Below are positions 24,776 through 34,163 of a DNA stretch of 64,000 nucleotides, piece by piece. The stretch is from a virus (lineage: Duplodnaviria > Heunggongvirae > Uroviricota > Caudoviricetes), in the IMG/VR virus record IMGVR_UViG_2721755728_000011; one strand, written 5' to 3'. The notes below the pieces were generated by a model. That model saw nothing but the letters and a program-made list of their open reading frames with translations, searched no databases and was not told the DNA's origin. A program made the position numbers and the translations under genes. Every line of letters starts with the position of its first letter. Within the stretch, counting starts at the first letter, position 1.

Positions 24776-26056
24776 TTCTTCCTGACGGGCGGTATATTTC
24801 TCCAGCGGCGTCAGCAGACGCTCATACGCCTTCTGCGCCTCTCCGGTATACTTCAGCTGTGATGCGTCCCGTTCGGCCCGGTCCCTGGCGGCCAGTTCAC
24901 CGGCTTTTTCCATATCCGACTGCAGCGTGGCCGCTGCCAGCCCCAGACGGGCATTTTCCCGGTCATTCCATGCACCCTGAAGGTTCGCACGAAAAGAGGC
25001 GGTTTTTCCCCGGCGCTGGCTCCGGCTCTGGTACCACTGCCATTTTTTATCCGCCTCATCAAATGCCTTCTGTGCACTGGCGAGCATATCCGCTGAGGAC
25101 TCAGGACGACCGATATCCAGAATGGCATCCCACATCGATTTGAATGCCTTCCCGGTTTTATCCGCCCAGGTCTCCAGTGTCCCCATGTTTTCTTTCAGGC
25201 GACGGGTCTGCTCATCAAAGCCTTTCGTGGCGATATCGTTCGCCGCCTGTAAGGCCCCGGCCTCATCACCGGAACGCTGCAGCTGCGCAACATACGCAAT
25301 CTGCTCTGCCGTCACGTTACGGAACTGGCGCGCCATCGCCATCAGCCCCGACGTCGGGTCGGTGGTCAGTTTTCCGAAAGCCTCTGCAACCTTGTCCACC
25401 TCCACACCGGATGCAGAAGCAAAACGCGCGACACTCTGGTTGATGGCATCAAACTGTTCACCACCACGCACACCGGCATTCACCAGGGCTGCCAGTGACT
25501 CACTCGCCTGGTTAAACGTCAGCCCTGCGGCCTGTCCGGCTCTGGAGAGCGTCAGCATGCGATCGGCAGTCAGTCCGGACTGATTACCGGAAAGAACCAG
25601 GGTTTTATTAAACGCTGAAAGCGTGGAATCCCCCTGGTACCAGGCGTACGCCAGCGCACCTGTCGCCACCGCCAGCGAGGTGACCCCGACCATCGGCAGG
25701 GTGATCGCACCGGCAAGCCCCCTGAACATGGGGATCATCCCGCCGAAGGAGTCCTTCACCTGACCGCCCTGTTGCAGCAGGATCAGCCAGGGATTCTGAC
25801 CACCGGCAAGCTGCGTGGCGATATCCGTAAACTGTGCGGGCAGGGTTCGCATGGCCGCTTTATACTGCCCGACGGAAATCCCGGCTTTTTGTGCAGCCAG
25901 CGCCTGGCGGCTCAGGCCCTGTTCAACAGCACTGGCGGTTTTTCTGGCGTCGGTATCCAGACCTGAAAAATGACGCCTTACCCGGCTCATCTGCTCATCG
26001 AAACGGACCGCATCCAGACTAAGGTCAATAACAAGATCACCAACCGGCTGGGACAT
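24764..26056 (-). pseudogene. H: Tape-measure protein H (segment C copy), 5' portion only (about codons 1..431)
   Basis: Minus-strand ORF matches H through ...YTARQEELNKAL, then reads antisense of segment B H. Confidence 0.85.
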
Positions 26057-26450
26057 ATCTCACACCTCCGGAAATCCCCGCTGAAGCCATCATTAATGCG
26101 GCATCATCCACCATGACATCCGCCACATCCGCAGACGATAAAATATCGCGCCCTCCGTCCCCACCGAACCGGACGCCTCCGGCAAGTCCTGCCGCTTTCT
26201 GCATCAGCATTTTGTCCTCATCCGGCCTCTCCACCTGCTCTTCCTCATGCCGGGGGACAAGCAGACTGAAATCAGAGGGATGCATATCCGGATCGCAAAA
26301 AAACAGGCTGAGTACAGCGTACGTCAGCCCGGAAAAATGCATATCCAACTGGGTATCGTGAAAATAATGCATGCGGTAAAAATGTCGCCAGTCGGCATAT
26401 TCGGTGGATGTCATCCCGGCAAGCATGGCGCGCCAGTCAGGCCTCCCCAT
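26037..26450 (-). CDS. T: T portion of tail assembly chaperone GT
   Basis: Homologue of lambda T; overlaps G. Confidence 0.8.
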   Translation of the reverse strand: MGRPDWRAMLAGMTSTEYADWRHFYRMHYFHDTQLDMHFSGLTYAVLSLFFCDPDMHPSDFSLLVPRHEEEQVERPDEDKMLMQKAAGLAGGVRFGGDGGRDILSSADVADVMVDDAALMMASAGISGGVRYVPAGW

Positions 26451-26476
26451 CTCACGCGCCAGTCTGAGGGCAAAAT

Positions 26477-26908
26477 TCAGCTCGCCGTCGAAGACTTTCC
26501 CGCAGAAAAATCATCATCAGTCAGCGCGTTATTTTTCGCCACTTCGGTAATATCCGTATCCACATGAACAGGCCCGCTCATCCCGGACAGACGCAACACC
26601 ACATCTTCCGCCCGGGCAATGGCATCAGCAGGCCAGGTGGTCAGGACTTCCTGCTCAATCTGCATCACGGCCTCATTCATTGACGGTGACCCCGTTTTCT
26701 GCGGATGGTTATGCCACAGGGACATCGCCACCAGAAACGCGCCGGTTCTGACGAGATCTTCCACGCTTACCTGCAGGTTGCCGCTGGATTCTGCCTGTTC
26801 TGCACGCCGTTTCAGGAGGGCAAGATGCTCAATACGCTGCAGCGCAGACAATTCGGAAAGCGTGACAGACACACCGTTATATTCAAATTGTTCTGTTTTC
26901 AGAAACAT
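26477..26908 (-). CDS. G: Tail assembly chaperone G
   Basis: 143 aa, lambda G-like (MFLKTEQFEYNGVSVTLSELSALQRIEHLALLKR). Confidence 0.85.
   Translation of the reverse strand: MFLKTEQFEYNGVSVTLSELSALQRIEHLALLKRRAEQAESSGNLQVSVEDLVRTGAFLVAMSLWHNHPQKTGSPSMNEAVMQIEQEVLTTWPADAIARAEDVVLRLSGMSGPVHVDTDITEVAKNNALTDDDFSAGKSSTAS
26495..26501 (-). promoter_or_regulatory. Frameshift slippery heptamer GGGAAAG (minus strand)
   Basis: ctttccc on plus strand at the G/T overlap. Confidence 0.75.
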
Positions 26909-26921
26909 GTATGACCTCCGT

Positions 26922-27674
26922 TTACCCTGCAGCGCCTGCTTCAGTAACGGTGACTTCAGCTACCGTGGCAAACTGACCATTACCGGAAATCACGGGGATA
27001 CTCACTTTTCCAGCCTTAACCCCCGTCACAGTGATCACCATATCTTTCACAGCAATGGTTCCCGTTGACGGATCGGCGGAAACCGCTCTGAACGTCTTGT
27101 CGGTTGCACTTTCCGGCTCAAAAGAAACAGTCAGGGTGGTTGTTTTTCCTTTTTCCACGGTACCGGATGTCGGTGTCACCTTAATTGCAGTGGCCGGCGT
27201 AATTTCGCTGCGTTCTTCCGCCACGGAAGGTTTGCCCACGTTGGTCACTTTCACTGTTCGGGTGATCACTTCTTTCGCCGTCACTGCCTTACCGATACTG
27301 CTGATCCAGCCACGAAACACATCCACCGTGCCATTCGGAAAACGGATTTTATAGGCCCGCACATCCCCGCTTTCAAACCAGCCTATAAGCCCTTTCTGAC
27401 CTTCTTCTCCCGGTTTCCAGGCCAGTGTAAAACTGGTATCACCTGCAGATTTCTGTCCCTGCCCGGTCGCGCTCCAGTCCGCGTCTTCATCATCCAGGTA
27501 GTTATCATCGTAGGATTCTGCCGTCATCTCGCCCGGCGTCAGATCCTTCACCTTAGCCAGTCGCTGCCAGTCATCATCTGACAACGGGTTTGCATAAGCA
27601 TCACCCTTGCCGGTGTAAACCCACAGAGTGGTACCGGCACCTTTTACCGGCGCCAGGGGATTTGGTGTTGGCAT
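26922..27674 (-). CDS. V: Major tail tube protein V
   Basis: 250 aa, lambda V-like. Confidence 0.9.
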   Translation of the reverse strand: MPTPNPLAPVKGAGTTLWVYTGKGDAYANPLSDDDWQRLAKVKDLTPGEMTAESYDDNYLDDEDADWSATGQGQKSAGDTSFTLAWKPGEEGQKGLIGWFESGDVRAYKIRFPNGTVDVFRGWISSIGKAVTAKEVITRTVKVTNVGKPSVAEERSEITPATAIKVTPTSGTVEKGKTTTLTVSFEPESATDKTFRAVSADPSTGTIAVKDMVITVTGVKAGKVSIPVISGNGQFATVAEVTVTEAGAAG

Positions 27675-27681
27675 ATCGTCC

Positions 27682-28077
27682 TCACATCTCGTATGTAATG
27701 GAATAAGTCAAATCTGCAGAGCTCCATAACGCCATATCGTCATCACGACGATAGTCATAGCCCTGCTGAACCATCGTGGTAATCATCCCTGCCAGTGCAG
27801 GGATCGCGGACATCGCCGGATAAATCCGGGACTCCATCCACGAATCCAGCTCTGAATCCGGCACCTGAGCAGGCAGGAAAACTTCAATATGCAGTGTGGC
27901 CCGCCAGGTATCCGCATCCAGCTCTTCACCGGTATACTCTGCATCCGTCAGATAAACCGCGACCGCGGGAAAATCCTCTTCGTCAAAAACAACGGGGCGA
28001 CCATCAAACAGCGTCGCCCCGTGTTCATGCAGCTCCAGTGCATCCAGCACTGCAGCACGGATATCAGTATGTTTCAT
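27682..28077 (-). CDS. U: Tail terminator protein U
   Basis: 131 aa, lambda U-like. Confidence 0.85.
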   Translation of the reverse strand: MKHTDIRAAVLDALELHEHGATLFDGRPVVFDEEDFPAVAVYLTDAEYTGEELDADTWRATLHIEVFLPAQVPDSELDSWMESRIYPAMSAIPALAGMITTMVQQGYDYRRDDDMALWSSADLTYSITYEM

Positions 28078-28607
28078 CGTTTTATCGCAATCCTCAGTTG
28101 TTGTTTCAGCGCATATGCCAGTTCTCCGGGCAGGCGTTCACGCCGGATACGGTCAACGTTTTCATCAAACGCCTGTTTCAGTGGGGCCGCCATCGGGATT
28201 TTCACCACATCAATGGGGTAACGGTTTTTCCCGGCCACACGCTGCATGACATGCCAGCGACCATTTTTTAATCGCTGAATAAATGCCCGCTGATAACGAT
28301 GCTGACCGGCTTTGAGTATGCTGTCCGGACGACGCCCCGGCATCCTGATCCCCAGCTTAATCACCGGGAGATCACCGCGGTTAACGATAATTCTGGCATT
28401 CGGATTTCTGACCGTGGCCCGTTTCAGTCTGGACCGTTCCTTTACCAGTTTCCGGCTCACCCTGGTCTCCCGGGCAACCTGTGACGAAGACTGATTAATC
28501 GCCGTTGTGGCCACGCGGTTAATGGCCATTGCTGAAGCCGCCGGAATGGCGTTTTTACGAACCCGGCTCAGATTTTCAATCGCCTGATCAAGCCCTTTTA
28601 TCGCCAT
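28074..28607 (-). CDS. Z: Tail completion protein Z
   Basis: 177 aa, lambda Z-like. Confidence 0.85.
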   Translation of the reverse strand: MAIKGLDQAIENLSRVRKNAIPAASAMAINRVATTAINQSSSQVARETRVSRKLVKERSRLKRATVRNPNARIIVNRGDLPVIKLGIRMPGRRPDSILKAGQHRYQRAFIQRLKNGRWHVMQRVAGKNRYPIDVVKIPMAAPLKQAFDENVDRIRRERLPGELAYALKQQLRIAIKR

Positions 28608-28621
28608 AATTCACCCTGCGT

Positions 28622-28975
28622 TTATCGTCGCCGGTTAACTGCCGGTGGTTGCCCACGGTTGAGCCAGAGATAACAACTGCCCCCGTCATCCGGAGAAACA
28701 CGATCCACCCAGAATGTCTCACCATTAATGGTCAGCGTGTCACCACGCCGCACAGCACGAACCGTATCCGTCCGTACAAATAATGACGGGCAGCTTCCTT
28801 CAATACGGACCCCGCTACCGGCAAACCCCAGCGACTCCGGATCGTCAAAAACCCCCTGAACTTCGCTGCCACACTGTGCCCCCGAGGTGAACTGCGCACA
28901 GAGCCCCATCACTTCAACAATCGTGCTGTCCACCCCGGCAAGGGCAGCATCAAAGGCATTCTGAAAATCACGCAT
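28622..28975 (-). CDS. FII: Head-tail connector FII
   Basis: 117 aa, lambda FII-like. Confidence 0.85.
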   Translation of the reverse strand: MRDFQNAFDAALAGVDSTIVEVMGLCAQFTSGAQCGSEVQGVFDDPESLGFAGSGVRIEGSCPSLFVRTDTVRAVRRGDTLTINGETFWVDRVSPDDGGSCYLWLNRGQPPAVNRRR

Positions 28976-29351
28976 GCTCAGCCGTTCCGTGCTGTATCAT
29001 GGCTGTCGCCAGTGGTGATGGCACCAGAACACGCATGCCCCGGTACGTCAGTTCAACGGGACGGCCTGTCTCCGGGCAATACCCCATCACATGCAGGCAT
29101 TTCCGCACACGGACCGCTTTAACATCATCCGTAGCATCAGTGTTGTGCAACTGCTCACCATCGTCTGTGTGATTTTGCTCAGGCCCGCTCTCATCACCAG
29201 GCATAATGCCCTCCCGGGAAGCAGCAAGCTCCTCTTCCCACTCAGACACACGTTGCGCAATATCCGCAGCACTCCCCGACATATCCGCCTCGCGCCCCAG
29301 CAGGCCAGCCAGTTGACGAAGACGTTTCTGATTTTCTTCTTTTGTTGCCAT
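28968..29351 (-). CDS. Fi: Fi-like head assembly protein
   Basis: Start at MATKEENQKRL; acidic protein in the Fi position, diverged from lambda Fi. Confidence 0.65.
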   Translation of the reverse strand: MATKEENQKRLRQLAGLLGREADMSGSAADIAQRVSEWEEELAASREGIMPGDESGPEQNHTDDGEQLHNTDATDDVKAVRVRKCLHVMGYCPETGRPVELTYRGMRVLVPSPLATAMIQHGTAEHA

Positions 29352-29402
29352 ATCAGCCCCCTGTGAAAAAAGACACGGGGGCATTTCGCCCCCGCTCACG
29401 GA

Positions 29403-30431
29403 TTATTTCACCTGCACCACCACAAACTCATCCGGATCCGGCAGCACCATCAGCGGTGCGGACTGCGTCATGGTAAATTCACGGGCCGGATCGCCCACGG
29501 TCAGCCAGTGTTTCGGGTAACGGGAAGAAGCCACCACACCTTCGGACAACGCCTGCGCATCCTGAATGGCACCGTAACAACGGATCCCATCTGCAGCCGT
29601 ATTTCCCAGGACCAGCGTGCCCTCCGGCAGATAACGTTTTTCGGTACCGTCCTCTGCCACATAAGACGTTTTCGCCACCACAATGGCCAGATCGCCGTAA
29701 TACCCTTTGAAAGACACCACCGCCCCCAGGTCTTTCACTGCCGTTTCGAGTTGTGAATTTGAGCCGCGACGGGTATCCAGTTTTTCGCGGAACAGCTTAA
29801 AACCATTCAGCAGACGCCAGACAGTACCGTCCATAATGGCAATATTCACAAGACCGCTGGCCTGATCGCAGTAGAGGTCAATATCATGCGTCGGATCAAA
29901 CGTATCACGGTCCTGCTCAGACCATTTTTTACCGTCGGCCTGCTCAATGTTATTTCCTTCAGAGCGTCCAAAATCCACCTCGACAGTATCAAACTGATCC
30001 CCTTCCATGGTGTATTTGCCATACAGCACGGCATTCACCGCCTGCATTTCTTCCACCTGGACAATGGCATGCTCTTCCTGTTTGAGGTTATCGGTGATGA
30101 TACGCAGACGACGGTAGGCCGGGTCGTTCAGTTGAGCCGGATCTTCACCGGGAAGACGCTCAACCGCCTGCTGGTAATTAAATTCGTGTTTCGGCTTGAC
30201 GTAGCCCGGACGTAACACGCGGGTTTCACCACCGCGATGACGCAGCACTTTTCCTTCAACAACCGGGGAGACATAGGCCGCCACCGGCGTTTTTCCGGTA
30301 ATTTTGTCCAGCATCACCTCTTCGGTATGGAAATTCACCGTACGGCGGAAAAACAGCTCCAGAAACAGCGCACGAAATTTCACTTTTTGTTCGGTATAAC
30401 CGAGTAACTGGCGGGTCGTAAACAATCCCAT
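29403..30431 (-). CDS. E: Major capsid protein E
   Basis: 342 aa, lambda E-like (…GDPAREFTM.QSAPLM.L.DPDEFV.VQ…). Confidence 0.9.
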   Translation of the reverse strand: MGLFTTRQLLGYTEQKVKFRALFLELFFRRTVNFHTEEVMLDKITGKTPVAAYVSPVVEGKVLRHRGGETRVLRPGYVKPKHEFNYQQAVERLPGEDPAQLNDPAYRRLRIITDNLKQEEHAIVQVEEMQAVNAVLYGKYTMEGDQFDTVEVDFGRSEGNNIEQADGKKWSEQDRDTFDPTHDIDLYCDQASGLVNIAIMDGTVWRLLNGFKLFREKLDTRRGSNSQLETAVKDLGAVVSFKGYYGDLAIVVAKTSYVAEDGTEKRYLPEGTLVLGNTAADGIRCYGAIQDAQALSEGVVASSRYPKHWLTVGDPAREFTMTQSAPLMVLPDPDEFVVVQVK

Positions 30432-30488
30432 AAATCAGTTCCTTTCATTCAGAAATCAGTCAGGCCACCGCGGTGGCCTGATAACGTG

Positions 30489-30836
30489 TTACGGCAGCGC
30501 CGCGTGACTCAGGGCACTGCCGGCAAAGGCATTTGCCTTTTTGTGTTCATCCACACTTTCAGGCCAGCGGATTGCCTCCGTCGCAAAGGTCCCCGACTTG
30601 TAATAGGTCAGTACCGTCTCTGTGCCTTCAAGCGGCAGTACCAGTATGCCAACTGCACTACCGGCTTTCTGTCCGTCCCAGACCACCAGTTTCCCGCTGG
30701 CTTCATCCAGCATCAGGGGCGTCAGTGCCGGTGTTGCCGAGGAAATCCCGCTGCTGCCTGTGGCGGTATGAGCCGGATCATTACCGGCAAAAATACGTAC
30801 TTCCGCACGCTGTTCAGTGATGTTTTTCGTTACCAT
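30489..30836 (-). CDS. D: Head decoration protein D
   Basis: 115 aa, gpD-like (…DPAHTATG…TPLMLD…). Confidence 0.85.
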   Translation of the reverse strand: MVTKNITEQRAEVRIFAGNDPAHTATGSSGISSATPALTPLMLDEASGKLVVWDGQKAGSAVGILVLPLEGTETVLTYYKSGTFATEAIRWPESVDEHKKANAFAGSALSHAALP

Positions 30837-30872
30837 ATTGTAAAAACCTCCTGTTGATGGTCAGCACTGACT

Positions 30873-32378
30873 TCATGGCATGGCCATGAGCATTTTCACG
30901 TCCGCATCACCGTCTGCTGACGTCTGTGGCACGCCACCCTGTACCGCAGCCGGTGAATGGTTCGCCATGATGCGTTCAAACAGGGCGGTTGTGGATGCAG
31001 AGACCGGTTCTGCCTTACCTGATCCCGCAGCCAGCACAGCCCGGGCGCTCTCCACAGTCATTCCCGGGCAGGCAGCCAGCTGTTCAGCCTGCGCCTCAGC
31101 CCCTTTTGCCTCATCCAGTGCCATGATCTGATCACGGAGTGAGGGTCCGGCATCCGCCTGCGGTGAAGCAGCCAGGATCGGGCGGGCTTTTTCCACCGTC
31201 ATCTCCGGCATCGCCGCCAGCGTTGCCGCCAGTTGTTCACGACCGTTCGCTTCTTCACACGCCATAATGCGATCGGCTTCACTCTGCGCGGATGCCACCG
31301 GCTGCTGCGGTGCCGCCGCGGCCAGAATCGCCCGGGCCTGTTCAACGCTCATGCCCTGTTGTCCTGCCAGCATCGTGGCAAGCTGTTCACGTCCTTTCGC
31401 TTCCTGGCATGTCAGGATCCCCATCACTCGCTGGTTCTCCTGCGCGGCGGCTTCCGTTGCAGTTAATTGCGGCATAGTGCCTCCTCTGACATTACTGTTC
31501 AGCGCCGTGGCCATCACACTGATGGCATCCGACGCATTGACTAATTCATCCGCCAGCCCGGCATCAATGCCGGACTGACCTTCAAAAACGGCGGCCTCTG
31601 TTCCCGTGACGGCATCAACAGACAGACCGGTAAACATCGCCACTTTTTCGGCAAACATCCGGCGCGCCGCATCAATGCGCTGCTGCATGTCCTGGCGAAC
31701 CTCTGCCGGTAAGGCTTCAAACTGATTGCCATCCACCTTGTGCGTCCCTGAGTAAATCAGCGTGATATCCACACCGGCCTGCGCCAGATGACCGGCATAG
31801 CTGACATGGCTCATCATCACGCCAATGGAGCCGATACGGGATGTCTGGGTAACCAGCCGTCGGGAGCAGGCCGACGCCAGCAGCATGGCTGCAGAACAGG
31901 CCGTGTCATTGCACAGTGCCCAGACCGGCTTCTGCTGACGGAGGCGGTAAATCATGTCAGCGCAGTCAAACGCGCCGGCGGCCTGCCCGCCCGGACTGTC
32001 AATGTCCAGCAGTACGCCCCGCACCTGGCTATCCGCCATTGCCTGCTGAAGACAGGCGACAATACCGTCATAGCCTGTCATTCCGGAAAATGGCCGCATA
32101 CCCCCCAGCCGGTGCACCAGCGTGCCGGTCACCGGCAGTACAGCAATACCGTTCACCACCCTGTAAACACGGGCCGGTCGTTTACCTCCGGCCATGTACT
32201 CGTCCGTTTCAGCCAGCATTCCGGGAGCATCAAACTGTACCTGCTGTTGTGGTACCGAAAGACTTGCTGCCCCCATCTCGCGCCCGAGCGCGCAAAAGAA
32301 AACCCGCGCATAGGCGGGCTCCAGAAGCAGCGGTTCATTGAATGCTGCGGCAATAATGTGTGAAAGATTACGTCTCAC
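30873..32378 (-). CDS. C: Head protease / scaffold C
   Basis: 501 aa, lambda C-like N-terminal S49 peptidase region, diverged repeat-rich C-terminus. Confidence 0.85.
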   Translation of the reverse strand: MRRNLSHIIAAAFNEPLLLEPAYARVFFCALGREMGAASLSVPQQQVQFDAPGMLAETDEYMAGGKRPARVYRVVNGIAVLPVTGTLVHRLGGMRPFSGMTGYDGIVACLQQAMADSQVRGVLLDIDSPGGQAAGAFDCADMIYRLRQQKPVWALCNDTACSAAMLLASACSRRLVTQTSRIGSIGVMMSHVSYAGHLAQAGVDITLIYSGTHKVDGNQFEALPAEVRQDMQQRIDAARRMFAEKVAMFTGLSVDAVTGTEAAVFEGQSGIDAGLADELVNASDAISVMATALNSNVRGGTMPQLTATEAAAQENQRVMGILTCQEAKGREQLATMLAGQQGMSVEQARAILAAAAPQQPVASAQSEADRIMACEEANGREQLAATLAAMPEMTVEKARPILAASPQADAGPSLRDQIMALDEAKGAEAQAEQLAACPGMTVESARAVLAAGSGKAEPVSASTTALFERIMANHSPAAVQGGVPQTSADGDADVKMLMAMP

Positions 32379-33960
32379 GGGGTGTTGTCTCCTCTTCCGG
32401 CCTGCGACTCTCCGCTATCTGCTGCTGATACGCCTGCGCTATCCACACCGGACGTGAGAGTCCGGCTTTTTGCCGCTCTGCAGATTCCCTGACCTGCTGG
32501 CGGAAAATGTCCTGATAATCCTCGCCCATCAGCGCCAGCTCTTTCTCATACGTGCTCAGTCCGGCCTCAATGCGCATCACCGATTCCTGAACCTCCTTGA
32601 GCCCGTCAATGGCCATTCTTCCGGCACCAATCCACTCTGCCCGTGACCAGGCTGATCGCGCCTGATAAAAATCAAAACGCGCCCGTGGCGGACGGATAAT
32701 CCCCCGAAGAAGTGCCTCTTCCAGCCAGCAGGAAAACATCTGCGTGGCCAGCCGGGCCGCAATAAATTTTCGCCGCCCCATAAAATAGCGCCACGACTCA
32801 TTGGCAGAGGCCCTGGCACTTGAATAACTGACCTTCGAGTAATCACGGGACAACTGTTCGTAGGAAACGCCAAGACCGGCGGCGATATACCGCAGCAGCG
32901 CCTGTTCAAGCGCAGAAAATCCATTGTCTGAATCCTGCGCAGTCTGTAGTTTCAGATCATCACCAGGGAAAAGGTGCGGAATTTTGACACCGCCCAGTGT
33001 CACGTTATTCGTGTCATACCAGCTGGAGAACTTCTCCAGAATATTAATAAGCGGATTATCCTTCTGCTCCTGTGGCGCGCCGGCGATATATTCAAAGGCC
33101 TTTTCGGTATCAAGTTCACTTTCAATCGTCGCTGCATACATGGCTTTCACAATGGCCGACTGAAGCTGTGTTGCCTGCAGGGAATCCAGCATCTTCAGCC
33201 GTTCCATGACGCTGTAAAACTGATTAGCCCCACGGGTCTGCCCGTCCTCCACCGGCTCGAAAATATGCAGCATGGCCGGACGCCCGGTGGGAAGTTCACG
33301 CGGGATCCGTTCCCATCGTCCACTCCCGGAGCGAGGAAAATCATCCTCACAGATATGGTACGCAACGGCACGGCCATATCGATCGACCTCCACCCCGGCC
33401 CGCAGAAAACGGTTCCCCATACCGTGTCCTGGCGTGTCCACCCGTTTCGGACTCACGGCTTTAAAACGCGTACGGAATAACTGCGTGGTTTCCGTATCCC
33501 AGACCGGCTGCACAAAGATTTCGCCGTTAAACGCATGAACGCCAACACCTTCACGGATAAACTCCGTAAATGTGCGTTTTCCTTCCACGTCGATCTCGCC
33601 AGACATCCCTTCTGCGTATTCCGACCAGGCCGCCTCCACCTCATCGACAAAGCTTTTTGCTGCGGTCTCCCGCATCCCCAGCCAGCGCCAGTTCGGACGG
33701 TAGCTGATCAGAAACATATGCCCGACAATGTGATCCTTATGCAGGGCCACCGCATTAGCCGCTATTCCGTTATTGCGCACCAGATCATCTGCCCGGGCAT
33801 TCCCCAGACGCAACGCGGGCAGCAGGGCCGCATCGACACTCTGCGCCGGTGGCAACCACTCCGCCATTTGCCCGCCAAATCCTGCGCCGCCCCCGTTGTA
33901 GCTGAGACTCTCACGAAGCGGAACGCCGTTCACATCAATCAGGACAGGCGTTCGTTTCAT
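32368..33960 (-). CDS. B: Portal protein B
   Basis: 530 aa, gpB-like. Confidence 0.9.
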   Translation of the reverse strand: MKRTPVLIDVNGVPLRESLSYNGGGAGFGGQMAEWLPPAQSVDAALLPALRLGNARADDLVRNNGIAANAVALHKDHIVGHMFLISYRPNWRWLGMRETAAKSFVDEVEAAWSEYAEGMSGEIDVEGKRTFTEFIREGVGVHAFNGEIFVQPVWDTETTQLFRTRFKAVSPKRVDTPGHGMGNRFLRAGVEVDRYGRAVAYHICEDDFPRSGSGRWERIPRELPTGRPAMLHIFEPVEDGQTRGANQFYSVMERLKMLDSLQATQLQSAIVKAMYAATIESELDTEKAFEYIAGAPQEQKDNPLINILEKFSSWYDTNNVTLGGVKIPHLFPGDDLKLQTAQDSDNGFSALEQALLRYIAAGLGVSYEQLSRDYSKVSYSSARASANESWRYFMGRRKFIAARLATQMFSCWLEEALLRGIIRPPRARFDFYQARSAWSRAEWIGAGRMAIDGLKEVQESVMRIEAGLSTYEKELALMGEDYQDIFRQQVRESAERQKAGLSRPVWIAQAYQQQIAESRRPEEETTPRET

Positions 33961-34163
33961 AACCTCACTCCCAGCGGACGACGGCGACGTCGGGTTGTCC
34001 CCAGTACCGACTCCGCATCATTGATCGCCCGGTTAAGCTCATCCAGAGAAGCCGCCGTATATTCAATTCTGCGACCATCTTTCTGGACAGACACCACCCG
34101 TTTACCGGTTAATAAATCAAGGCGCGCCTGACGCAGCGCCTGCAGTTCAGCGACTGTAACCAT
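33957..34163 (-). CDS. W: Head-tail joining protein W
   Basis: 68 aa, W-like. Confidence 0.85.
   Translation of the reverse strand: MVTVAELQALRQARLDLLTGKRVVSVQKDGRRIEYTAASLDELNRAINDAESVLGTTRRRRRPLGVRL

Noticed and set aside
23419-25143. Apparent 574-aa (plus strand) and 531-aa (minus strand, 24461..26056) tape-measure ORFs
   Set aside because: Only the 5' portions match H; the C-terminal about 120 aa of each is translation of the other copy's antisense strand past the inverted junction.
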